Assembly (NCBI RefSeq): GCF_006345805.1
Contig: NC_043005.1
Location: 89,838,001 to 89,902,000 of the forward strand
Direction of reading: 5' to 3'
Length of the DNA: 64,000 bases
DNA from: Octopus sinensis
Taxonomy: Eukaryota
Below are positions 42,593-54,460 of this stretch, piece by piece. The position numbers were made by a program, and so were the translations under genes. The notes beneath the pieces were generated by a model. The model saw nothing but the letters and a program-made list of their open reading frames with translations, did not search any database and was not told the DNA's origin. Within the stretch, counting starts at the first letter, position 1. Each line of letters starts with the position of its first letter.

Positions 42593-42595
<3 letters not shown>
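41417..42595 (-). mobile_element. Near full-length mariner element, decayed
   Basis: 25-bp TIRs tca(g/a)gtcatcccataagttctgtcc with TA on each side. Transposase about 42493 to 41492 with WVPHEL, LVTGDDKW and HQNNAQPH; frameshifts present. Confidence 0.92.
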
Positions 42596-42650
<55 letters not shown>

Positions 42651-42654
42651 TGTG

Positions 42655-42943
42655 GAGGCGCAAAGGCCTAGTGGTTAGGGCAGCGGACTCGCGGTTTCGA
42701 TTCCCAGAGTGTTGTGAGTGTTTATTGAGTGAAAACAACTAAGGCTCCACGAGGCCCTGGCAGGGGGTGGCGGCAATCCCTGCTGTACTCCTTCGCCACA
42801 ACTTTCTCTCACTCTTTCTTCTGTTGGCCTGCTCGCTTAACCAGCGGTGGCGTCATTTGAAGGCTAAAACAATGCGAAGCGCATTGTGACCAACGATGTG
42901 TAGTAACATCTGATAGCCTGGTCGGTCACGGTGATCACTGTGA
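42655..42943 (+). mobile_element. tRNA-derived SINE family S3 with RTE-like tail
   Basis: ggcctagtggttagg A-box and ggtttcgattccc B-box. Tail matches the 3' end of the RTE at 56236-56300. Confidence 0.8.
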
Positions 42944-42970
42944 TATATATATATATATATATATATATTA

Positions 42971-43028
<58 letters not shown>

Positions 43029-44246
43029 ATATGTACATATGTAAGTCATAAATGAAAAAGAAATAGTTTCACGAACATAATTTGCATAATTATATCTGAT
43101 AATGCTTAAACTCGCCATTATTTTCATTAATGCAGACATGTAAGTAATTTATTATTAAATATAATGATATACATTATTTACATGTTTTTAAGTTACGAAA
43201 CAACTTGTGATATATAAATTTTCTTATGATCAAATAAATTTCTTCAAACTATTTTTCTGCTATTTATGATTTTATACACTCCTCGTCGTTTTCTTTTGCA
43301 TCGTAAAAATATTCTAAATATTTTGTAGAATGACACATTAAAGAGAATTTTTTATGAGCATAACCGGATTACTTGAATCCGTATACCATGACTTCTATAT
43401 ATATATATATATATATATATATTATGTGCCTGGGGAGAGTATTTCTCTTTTAGTGCTTTATTATTTAACAATAAATAATAGGGCACTAAAAGAGAATGAC
43501 TTTCCTCAGACACAATACAATATGCTTCAACTCACGAATTCACATAAAGAATCTTACTAAACAATTACAAAAATGAAATATATATATAAACAAATATATA
43601 TTTACACATGGTGGCTGCCCCCTCGTTATCGAGTATGGCCATTGCACGAAGATTAATCAATGTTGCTATCGTGCAATGCCTGTGCAAGAAGATTTTTTTA
43701 AAGTAAAGAAAGGCTGTGCACTAAGTCAATCCCACTCACTAAGCAACAGCAGCCATAATCCGAAGAGAAGAACAAGTCAACATCATCGGTAAACACTGAG
43801 CCGCAGGTTTTATGTCGGAGTTATCCCAGTTACCTGAGTTACCTTCTCCTAGAAGGATGCCCTAACAAAGGCTAGGAGTCCTTCACTCCCAATGGTTTAA
43901 CTGTGCGATCGGGTATTCAGTTCGATTATTTCTATGTCCCCGCGCATGATACAGCCTTAAGACATTTATTGGATGGCCGTTAACTCTCAAGAGTTCCTCT
44001 GCCCTTTGACGAGTTTTGTTTTTCATCCCGCAGGGTGTCCAATAAACACCCTCCTCACCAAGCAAGCTTGGTGGGGTTGCCGGTTTAGTCGCCGACGACC
44101 CGACCATGCAACAGGTTGCACTGGGTTACATGTTAGCTGTAGCACTCCTATATATACTACTAATATAGAATGAAGTTTTTTTCTCTACAGAAAAAAATTC
44201 CATCAAGAAATGTGGCAGCATATTAAAATACCTTTACGGTTAAAAT

Positions 44247-44521
44247 TATAAACAACTTATAAGTAAGGGCTAAAGAAAATTATTTCAAAGCCAATATGCT
44301 GATAACAGACTATTAAATCGTCAATTTCCACATATAATCTACTCGCTACAGCAAAAAAAATCGAAGAACTGAAGTCGGACAAGCTGGCCGTTAGTTTTTT
44401 TTAAATTCGTTATCTCTATTGAATCAATTTCGGAATTAATCTTATAAAAGGTTTATAGTCTGTTATCAGCATATTGGCTTTGAAATAATTTTCTTTAGCC
44501 CTTACTTATAAGTTGTTTATA
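44247..44521. repeat. Perfect 67-bp inverted repeat with 141-bp spacer
   Basis: Arms 44247-44313 and 44455-44521, directly upstream of the Penelope fragment. Confidence 0.9.
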
Positions 44522-44527
44522 TATATA

Positions 44528-45406
44528 CTATGCTAAACCTATGGCCTCCAAATACTTGATACACCGGAACTCAGCTATCGCGGACAATGCCTATTCAATA
44601 TTTTAATGGCAGACCTCGTCAGAATAATGCGAAATGTGTTCCGCAAGTGCGAGCCTACAGAGTTAAAGAGACACATACAACATTTCGTTCACCGCATGCA
44701 GTTCTCAGGTTACAGACATAAAGAAAGGATCAGAGTATACAAAGGAGCCATGAAGAAATTTGATACTATCTTATGTAATGATAGGAATGGGATTTGCCCA
44801 CTCTATAGGAGCAAGTCATGGAACACTATTAAAAGGACAAAGAAGAAAATAGGTAAGGCCAACTCTTGGTATGATAGCCACAAATACCAGAGTGTCATGT
44901 TCGTCGACACCACCCCTAGAGGTGAACAGGCGTACCGCTTTACAAGGGCCCTAGACTAACTTAAGCTAAGGATTAAGGTTGTTGAAAGGCCAGGCAGCCC
45001 TATCAAATACATAATCGGTAGAACCTACCCTTTTAGTAGAACCCTCTCTACAGATAGGAACTGTACTGTGTGTAGATTTAGCCCACAAACAAACTGTAAA
45101 GCCAGAAATGTAGTCTATAGTATAAGATGTATAGAGGGACGATGCTGCAGTAACCAGACAACGACATACATAGGGGAAACGGCATGGAGCATAGGAGAGC
45201 GGGTAAATGACCACTGGAGAGAACTCAAGGAAGGTAAAAGCTCATCGATTCTGTACCAACACGCCGAACAGGAACACGGGGGATCAATCAACAACATAGA
45301 AATTAAAATATTGTCCACACATAGAACAGATGCAACAATCAGATAAATTACAGAAGCTACACACATAATAGAAGATAAACCTAGCCTGAATAGAAAACTG
45401 GAATAG
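44528..45406 (+). mobile_element. Penelope-like element: RT thumb, Zn-binding linker and GIY-YIG endonuclease
   Basis: One frame with two premature TAA (44957, 45344). CTVC...NCKARNVVYSIRC...YIGETAW..GERVNDH...EATHI...PSLN. Confidence 0.9.
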
Positions 45407-45537
45407 AACACTAGCACACACCACAACATATGACGGTAGAGAATCCCAGTAAACTGGTTACAATATAAACAAAACTAAAAACACAATAAAATAAAATACA
45501 CAGATAAATAAACAAATGGAAGTAAATAACTATATAC

Positions 45538-45648
<111 letters not shown>

Positions 45649-46114
45649 GTAGGTGTAAACACAGGAACAAAATAAAAATAAACAAAAACAAAAACAAAAA
45701 CAAATTACACGAACGTATATAAACAGGAGATACAAATATTACAGGCACTTCCCCCCACACACACACTAACTAAACATAGACACAAATAGAGGTATACGCA
45801 TGCGCAAATGAAGACACATACAATAGGAATACAAAATACAAAATGGCTGACCGTTAGTAAGGAGAGACACACAAATAAGAAAGAAGAAAGCAAAGGACCA
45901 CTAATGAGGTCACAGAAGTGTGATGAAAGAACCCTGGCCGAAATAAGATTAAGATTAATGCAAAAAATGAATAACGCTGAAGCAAAGTAACACCAAATAT
46001 ATAGTGCGTGAGTTTTTATTGACTAAACTGGCAAAATGACCATTCCTAAATACAACAATATCTGTTTCAACTCGCGATTTCACATTAAAAATCTTGCAAA
46101 ACAAATATATAAAC

Positions 46115-46199
<85 letters not shown>

Positions 46200-46377
46200 G
46201 TCCTCCGAAAAGGAGAAGCAAAATTCCACCACGGCCGCTACCTTAAACAGTCACTCACACTGACGGAAATATGCCTTAGGAAAAAAGGGGAAAAAAATTT
46301 ATAAAAAGATCTCTTCGTACAAATCTAACCCTGATGGACTGACCACATACGATACAGCTAAGGGGCAGACCCGATTC

Positions 46378-46695
46378 TGATTGGTCAACACGTTGATGAC
46401 GTCTAGAGATTAGTCAGAATATTGATGACGTCCTTTTCTGCTTGACTAGTCACCTAACAGGTACAGACAAGGGGCAGATCTAATACAGCTATAAGTCGTG
46501 ATTGGTCAGAATTTTGATGACGTCCCGTTCTGCTTGACTAAGCCACCTAACGAAACAATTGGTCAAAACAGGATACAGACAAGAGGCAGTTATAATACAG
46601 CGATAGGTCACGATTGGTCAGAATGTTGATGACGTCCCGTTTTGCTTGACTAAGCCACCTAACGAAACGATTGGTCAAAACGTTGATGACGTCAC
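46378..46695. repeat. Irregular tandem repeat carrying five GATGACGTC motifs and several ATTGG motifs
   Basis: GATGACGTC at 46395, 46424, 46516, 46628 and 46685. Confidence 0.85.
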
Positions 46696-47831
46696 GTTAC
46701 GCTGGACTGACCAGTGTTATAAAACCTGAACAATTCACGAGATTCGCCAGAATCATCCAGCGAACACCACAGTTGCTCAAGGTAAAAATGAATTCCTCTC
46801 TCTTTCAGGAACATCAGTTTTTTGTATTGACTACATATCGCCGCTTTGATCTGTTTTTTGTATTGGATGCATGTCACCACCGTGAACCGCTGCATCATGC
46901 ACTTTAAACATATAGCATGAACGAACTCACTTCAAACTATATATATGAACTTTATGATGTCTGACACCGTTGTGTATTATAAATTAATTTCTTGTGATTG
47001 ATAGCATGAACTATCTTTTTTTATATATAACTTTTTTTGATAAGGTTCATTTCAGGAACTGAAACATGTTATAATGTATATATAAAAATTAAAAATTGTA
47101 TAATATAGCAGCATTCTCGAACTTCATTTTTTACAAATATATATATATATATATGGTTATAGATAATTAATTATATATACTGAAATATACATACACATCC
47201 ATATCCATAAGTACATATATAATATTCATTTATTGGTAATATTATTATTATTATTAATATTAGATTACGTGTATTCTGCTATTCACAATACATAGTATAT
47301 GAAATAAAAAATATACAATATATCAGATATGTACTTCAACCTTATACTACCCATTTAGGTTACTAAATATATTAATAAATCACATATTACGGAGATGTAC
47401 TTGCATAGCAAGTGATTTGATCTGAGATCGTGTGCTGGAACGAAAACAATTGCAGCGTGGAAGGTGTTTGTAAGCCATTTAAGAAACACACAAAAGCCGT
47501 TCGATTCACTTCAACATTTAAGTTTAATTTGTCAAAATATTTTTGTCGCTATAAGACCGCGACCTGTTCACTGACAAAAATCCGTGCTGCATAGATTTAT
47601 ATGAAATAAAATAAAATATTTTACTTCTGTTATTGTTATTATTATTGTTTTTTTATAAATAATTTACTTTTATAAATAATTTTCTTCTATTATGTACTAT
47701 ATTAAAATATATTAAATAATATCCCCTTAATATATCACTTTAACATTTTCAATTATTTATGTTCTATTTACAATTAGTTTTATTTCATCGGTTTTCAATC
47801 AACTACCCATAACCGAGACAAAGAAATTCAA

Positions 47832-48029
47832 AGAGTTTCCGTGTCAGAGAAGGTGCCTTGCTTGACTGCTTTTAGTTGATTATGTTCTGAGATCAATTCC
47901 CACTGACGTCGACTTCACCTTTCATCCCTCCAGGGTCAATAAAATAAAGCCCCACACAAATATTCGGGTCAATGGAATCGACCAGTCCCCTTGCCACTCT
48001 GCCTAAATTAGCAATTATTATTATTATTA

Positions 48030-48080
<51 letters not shown>

Positions 48081-49010
48081 GATGGTGGGAAATTGACAAT
48101 TATTCATTTTACAAGAGTGACCGAAAATAAGGAAATCGTTTTGAGGATTTGGGGTCCATAACAGCAGCATGGAGTTCCACAGGTGAAGGGGGACACGGCT
48201 GAGCAGTAAAGACAACATGAAAACATGCTTTTCAATGTGAATTACAAGTTCAGCAATGAGATATACCCTATATACCCGATATACACGGAAGAAAAAAATT
48301 AAGACGAGAGAATATCATAAAACACTTGCTTGATCAAGTGCCAATAAGGTTTTCAATAAGTTGCCATGGTAACATTACTAAAATAGAAACAGACTCCAAG
48401 GACATTGGGGATTTTGCTAATTTGGCCAGGGACCCAGGTACAGTTGGGTACATGAAAATTTGGTGTGAGATCTGGTAGAAGATTAAAGTGATAAGTACTC
48501 TGCCCCACCCTAGGGGGAATAAAATTTAGTATTTAGTATTTCTTGAATTTATTGCTACATTGCTAATTTATGACATTCCAATGACTTCTCACTTGGTACA
48601 CATACACTCATTGTCTAGTGTCTTCACTGTCTCGTTTTTATATTATTCTCTGCATGTTTTGTGACACTTTTATATGCATTTTATTTCTATGGGTGAATGG
48701 ATTTTCATAGCAGTAATAGAGAAAGTACTATCATTGCTTTTACTGGATTTGAATTTAAGCCATTCATTTTCACTTTTTTTAACAACGGATTGCAATTTTA
48801 TTGACATATTTTTACAGGAAGAAAAGAAACGAAAGTACATTAAAAGCATAAAAAAATTAAATTATCAAACAAAAATACCCATAACTACTTCACTAAGGAA
48901 AGAAAAGACAAAAAGGTGGTGGGGGGGAGATTAAGTTGACGTACACAACCCTCTTAAATACGACTGTGAAAGAAGAAAAAGGTGAAGATTAAACAGATTG
49001 TGGTTGGGAC
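47832..49010 (+). repeat. ~1.1-kb direct duplication, copy 2
   Basis: See 35597-36730. Confidence 0.95.
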
Positions 49011-49879
49011 ATTGGAGAGAGTATGAAAAGATATTGAGAGGAACATAGAGGAAATGGGAATAGAGTGCTTGTTAGAGCTGTTGCAAAAAGCTTGGCCCGG
49101 TTAGAAATATGTGGAATGTACTGGATAGCCGAAGACAACGAATACCATCAGCACCAGCAGCAGCTTCCTCTATGATCTTCTCTTTAATTTGTGGATGAAG
49201 TCATTGTTTTAATGTTTCATAAAAACCGTTGTATTATTATTATTAAAAGGGTGTCATGTTTGACCCAATAGAGATGCATTCTGTGACATCCTGAGTTCAA
49301 ATACAGTGGAGGTACACCTTGTTTTTCATATTGTTCGCATCAACAAAAAATCCCTCATTCACCAAATACCAGATATGGAGAAGGTTTCAAGTAATGAAAG
49401 TGTAGTAAAGTCGACAGCTGTGCTCCAGCATGGCCACATCTATCAAGCTGAAACTCGTAAAAGAGAAAAAGAGTAATGGTAATTCTTAAGATTATTCTTT
49501 ACTTTTAATCTTTTACTTGTTCCATTCAATGGACTGCAGTCATGCTGGGACACCACCTTAAGGGGTATAGTTTGTTGAGTATTGGTTTGTACTTTTGTAT
49601 GAAAGTACTTTTTGTTTATCTGTGCTTCGTCTGTGGTATTCACCGAACATAAGTAGAGTGGGAAACCTAGAATTTGGGGGGGGGGGCATATTTTTTACAC
49701 ATATATCTATGTGTCCACTCAGTGGAATCTGCCTAGTACTGGGGTCTCGTTTTTGTTGTCGGTGAATGGTGAGTCTGATTCTTAGTATAAGCGTTGTTTG
49801 ACCTATGTAATCTTCATTACATTCTTAACATTTGATAGCGTATATTAAATAACTCGAAGAAAATGTAAAATGATTTTTT

Positions 49880-50560
49880 TACGGTAAAAGTCTGTCCTGA
49901 TTTGAAACTGTATTTTGTGTCTTCAATAAGGTTGAAGCAGGTACCGCACAGCTGGGGCGGCCACACTTCTTAACTATTGGTGTAGGAATTATGGAAGGTA
50001 ATTTAGTACTTGTGAGGAACTTTTTGAGGGAGTCTGATTGTCTTTTACTTTTGATTATTTTGTGTATTTCGAATGGGTCTTGTTTCATTCTTGGGTGTTG
50101 TTTCAGAAGTGGGATATTCTGGTGGATAATATTGTAGACCGCTGTGTTTCTTGGGTTGTGTGCTTTAATAATAGGTGAAGTATTGGCTGCATCTACGAAA
50201 AAGTACATCCTATCAGACATGTGTACCCCATCTTGACTCCAATCATCTGTCCCCCATCTTCGGCTCTCCACCAATAACCTGGAATCCGACAAAGAGTTTG
50301 ACCAAAACATACACTAACGCACCCACAAACAAACACGCACGCTCAAACATGGCCTACCCAATAGACTGCTTTCCACCGCCACCAATATAAACTCGCACAC
50401 ACGCTGTACCCTACACACACCGCATGCAAACATACAGGCCGCAACAATAGAGAGCAGTCACCATATTTCTTCTATATCAGCTACCTCTGATGAGCGCAAG
50501 ATTACATAATCGGATTGTTACTTAACACTCCACTGAAACCCTAGCGTGAAACTGTTGTTA
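49880..50560. mobile_element. Penelope-like relic: minus-strand linker region next to a plus-strand 3' region with a degenerate hammerhead
   Basis: Minus ORF ...HNPRN...IIHQN...KCGRPSC. Plus strand CUGAUGA-GCGC...GCGU-GAAAC at 50487-50552. Confidence 0.55.
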
Positions 50561-51384
50561 AGATCCGCTATAATCGATATATAATATAGTACACTTCGAT
50601 TAATATACCCACTCTATTGATAGATATTCGAGTGCATTATTTTCCTGACTCATGGACTCTTAGACGACTTACACACACGCACACACGCACTCACAACACA
50701 CACACACACACACATATATTTATATGTATATGTATGTGGGGCCCTTTGTTTCTCTGGTTGTCCCCAGCGCCACCGCCACTTGTCAACCGGTGTTGGTGTG
50801 TTTACGTCCCCATAACTTAATGATTCAGCAAAAACCTCCAATAGAATAAGTACCTGATTTAAAATGAAATCAATCCTGGAGTCCATTCATTTGACTAAAA
50901 GTTCTCCAAAGCTGTACCCCAGCATGGCCACATTCAAATGACTCAACCAATTAAAAGATAAAAAGTATATATATCTATCTTATATATACACACACGTATA
51001 CATACACATATATGTACAAATATATATACATACACATATACATATACACATACACACGCACACACATACATATATACACGCATATATGATGGGCTTCTTT
51101 CAGTTTCCATCCACGAAATTCACTCACGAAACTTTCGTCAGACATGTGGCCCTAGTAGAAAGCACTTGCCCAAGGTGCTGCTAAGTGGGACTGAACTAAG
51201 ACGAAATGGTTGAGAAGTAAACATCTTATCCAGATAACCAAACTTGTGTCTAAATTATAACATTTGAATACAAAGAAACAGAAAAAGGAAAAGAAAGTAA
51301 AAAGTGGGGGAAGGGTAACGCTACAGAAGATGTAACTAAATTTAAATGAAAGATCAAAGAAACCTATTTTGTATATTTTCCTAG

Positions 51385-51607
51385 GTGTGCTATTCCTGGT
51401 TACGACAACGACACGTATAAAATCCAAAGTGAAAGCCATGAAGAACTGATCAACGAATATATTCCAAAGAGTGAGGATGAAGGAGAGGTGGTTTATGATA
51501 AATGTTTGATATATTCCAATACCACAGAAAATGGAAATCGAAAGACACAGAAGTGCAGTTCTTGGGTGTATGATAAAACCAATACGCACACCTCAATCAC
51601 CACTCAG
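51385..51607 (+). CDS. SLC22-like paralog B, exon 2 (large extracellular loop)
   Basis: ttcctag acceptor, gtaagg donor, phase 2 to 0. (R)CAIPGYDNDT...YDKC...KCSSWVYD...SITTQ, with conserved loop cysteines and the W.YD motif. Intron 1 is 17,923 bp. Confidence 0.9.
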
Positions 51608-51732
51608 GTAAGGTTATTTTGCAAGTCACTTCGCGCATTTAAGCTAAAATGTCTATCTGTCTATCTGCCAACCAAGCTATTTTGCACTCACCTACCAATT
51701 CCTCTATCAATCTATCTATCTATCAATCTATC

Positions 51733-51770
<38 letters not shown>

Positions 51771-51780
51771 ATATATATAT

Positions 51781-51858
<78 letters not shown>

Positions 51859-52423
51859 GTATACATGCACAGTCACACACACAAACACACACGCGCGCGC
51901 GCACACACACACACGTATACATATATATTGATTGCTCTTACTGCCTGTCTATCTAGCTCTGAAGCCAGTTATCTACCTGTCTGTCCATCTCCCTACCTAT
52001 CTCCTGTCTACTTTTAAATCTACCTCTATGTCCACAAGCCTTTTATAAATCCTTAGACTTTTAAAGCTTTTATATCATCCATGAACCATTAAAGCCTTTA
52101 TATCCGTGATCCTTTAATCCGTGACCCTTTATATCTGTGATCCTTTATATCCCCCTTAGCCTATTACAGAAACTTAAACCTCCTTCTACTCTGCTCCCTT
52201 TTTTTATATTCTATATCGTTTCCCTTTATTTTCTTTCATTTCACTTCCCCTCTATATTGTATCTTATCCTGCTTTATTTTATTTTACGTCTAGTCATCTA
52301 ACACTCCGCCAGTCGTACGAACAGCATTACCCTGTTATCTTACTGAAATATATGAGTGTATATATAGAAGTATATAAGTGTGTGTGTGTGTGTGTGTGTG
52401 GTGTGTGTGTGTGTGTGTGTGTG

Positions 52424-52455
<32 letters not shown>

Positions 52456-52499
52456 CATACATACATACATACATACAAATATATATATATATATGGTAT

Positions 52500-54110
52500 A
52501 TTTTGATTTATGAGTTCACTAAAGGCAACAACGCAACGTAAAGGGTGAAGAGTATTAATGCTGTATATGAGGGGTTGGACAATAAGCGTAAGCCAGTGTC
52601 AACGATGGTTCCGGAAATTCCCACCCGGAAACCACAGCCTAGAAGACGAGCTTCGCCCTGGGAGATCTGTAGAGCTCGACGAGGACGTCCTGCAAACTCT
52701 GGTGGAACAAAATCCCATCGTAACTGTTGAGGAACTACGAGAAGTCATAAATTATCTGCACTTTCGCTAAAACATTTTTGTTATTGTCATACTGCCTTCT
52801 GCGCATGCGTGTTTATAGTTGGTACTATTGCGGTCACGTGATCAAAGTTTGATCCTTATAGCGCCATTTTTCTTTCTGGTTTTACAGTGTAAGCATGGCC
52901 GCTCTACTAGGCATGTGCACCAAAGAAGAACAAAGACTTGTGCTTGCTGAATCTTCTCGTCAGTGGTGGAGGTTGACGGTGTTCTGTTCTCTCTTCGTAC
53001 ATCACTCTTTTCTGATCACTTTTAAGCTTCTCGGGCCACTCATACACACTTCTACGCGGTAGTGCACTGTCTATGTATTATGCTAAAAACCGCCAATGAA
53101 TTTCAGCACTTGACACACCTTTGGACTAGAGAAATCGGTTCACTGCTCTTTGGGGTTTTTTCGGTGCATATTGCTAATCGAGCGGCCATACTTACACTGT
53201 AAAGCCAGAAAGAAAAAAGGGCGCGATCAGGATCAATCTTCGATCATGTGACCACAACAGTACCAACTATAGGCACGCATGTGCAGAAAGCAGTGTGACA
53301 ATAATAAAGATATGTTATGGCGAAAGTGTGGATAAGTTTTTGATTTCCACTCGTTGCAAAGAAACTTGGATTTGGTCATTCATTCACCGACACCTGTGTG
53401 CCATCGGAAAAATCAGCAAATTGGGTCAATGAGTTCCACACAAACTTTCCGATTCTAATCGCGCGCAGAGAGTGAATGTGTGCTCTTCTTTGCTGTTACG
53501 CTTCACTAATGAACCTTTTTTCGACCGAATAGTGACTGGTGACGAGAAATGAGTTCTCTATAAAAATGTCAAACGCCGAAGACAGTGGGTAGGGATAGGA
53601 GAAACACCGGAACCCCATGCTAAAGAAGGCTTTCGCCTATGAGAGGTGTTGTTATTCGTTTGATGGGATATGAAAGGTTTAGTCTACTTTGAACATTTAA
53701 ACCCAAACCAAACGATAATAAAGGAGATCTACTGCGAGCAGCTTGAGCGTCTTAAGTAAGCGCTAGAAGAAAAACAACTATCTTTGATTTCAAGACGAAA
53801 GGTGTTCTTCCATCAGGATAATGCTCAGCCATATACAACGAGGATGGCATTCCAAAGGCTAAAGTAGTTTGAATGGGAAAAGATGCTCCACCCACCAATT
53901 CCCTAGACATTGCCTCATCTGATTATCGTTTATTCCGCAGTCTTTAAAATCTTTTGGACGGAAAAAATATGAATTCTGTAGATGAGGTCAGAACATTACT
54001 GAAGCAGTATTTTTCGTCACGGATAAATGAATTTTGGAAGAGGGGCCTTGCAAGTCTACCTGATAGATTGAAGAGCATTTTGGGAAATGAAGGAAAATAT
54101 ATTTTAGATT
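52500..54110 (+). mobile_element. mariner (DD34D) transposase relic split by a nested MITE
   Basis: IVTGDEK, FHQDNAQP and SDYRLFRSL motifs. Same family as 4858-5235. Confidence 0.88.
52738..53353. mobile_element. mariner-derived MITE with ~190-bp TIRs
   Basis: CGAG...CTCG termini. Inserted at the TA of host GAGGAACTA|GCA; the right-hand copy of the duplicated TA reads TT. Confidence 0.85.
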
Positions 54111-54174
54111 AAAAAAGAAATTTGTTTATCTTAATTTTGAAAATAAAAGAAGTATAAGAAAAACGCATCATATA

Positions 54175-54216
<42 letters not shown>

Positions 54217-54234
54217 TAACCATATCTTAAATAT

Positions 54235-54429
54235 GTGACCGCCGTGTATCGTTGGTGATTTTCTTTCTCCGACTTCCCTTCCTTGGAATTATCTTTCTAT
54301 ATTTCTGACGAAGAGCTCCGCTCGAAACGTTAAATCCTCCTTCTTTCTTTCCTTTCCTGAGCGTCCAATAACACTATACTTGTTCCACGTCCTCGCGTTG
54401 TTGCGTTTTCTCTTTATTCATGTTTGGAT

Positions 54430-54432
<3 letters not shown>
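54235..54432 (+). mobile_element. Penelope-type terminal repeat segment carrying a hammerhead
   Basis: Contains the hammerhead at 54301-54335 and ends in (TA)n. Similar in layout to 6790-6935 and 63040-63170. Confidence 0.6.
54301..54335 (+). ncRNA. Minimal type I hammerhead ribozyme, intact core
   Basis: AUUU-CUGACGA-A-GAGC(UCC)GCUC-GAAAC-GUU^AAAU. Stem I is 4 bp. Stem III is the AACGUU palindrome, so it can form only as a dimer. Predicted cut after 54331. Confidence 0.75.

Positions 54433-54460
<28 letters not shown>

Noticed and set aside
45895-45960. CTAATGAGGTCA...TGGCCGAAAT as a hammerhead after the Penelope ORF
   Set aside because: G5 is mutated and no stem I partner is found; at most a dead relic.
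46378-46695. CRISPR-like array
   Set aside because: Units are irregular, the intervening sequences are themselves repeated, and the context is eukaryotic with no cas genes.
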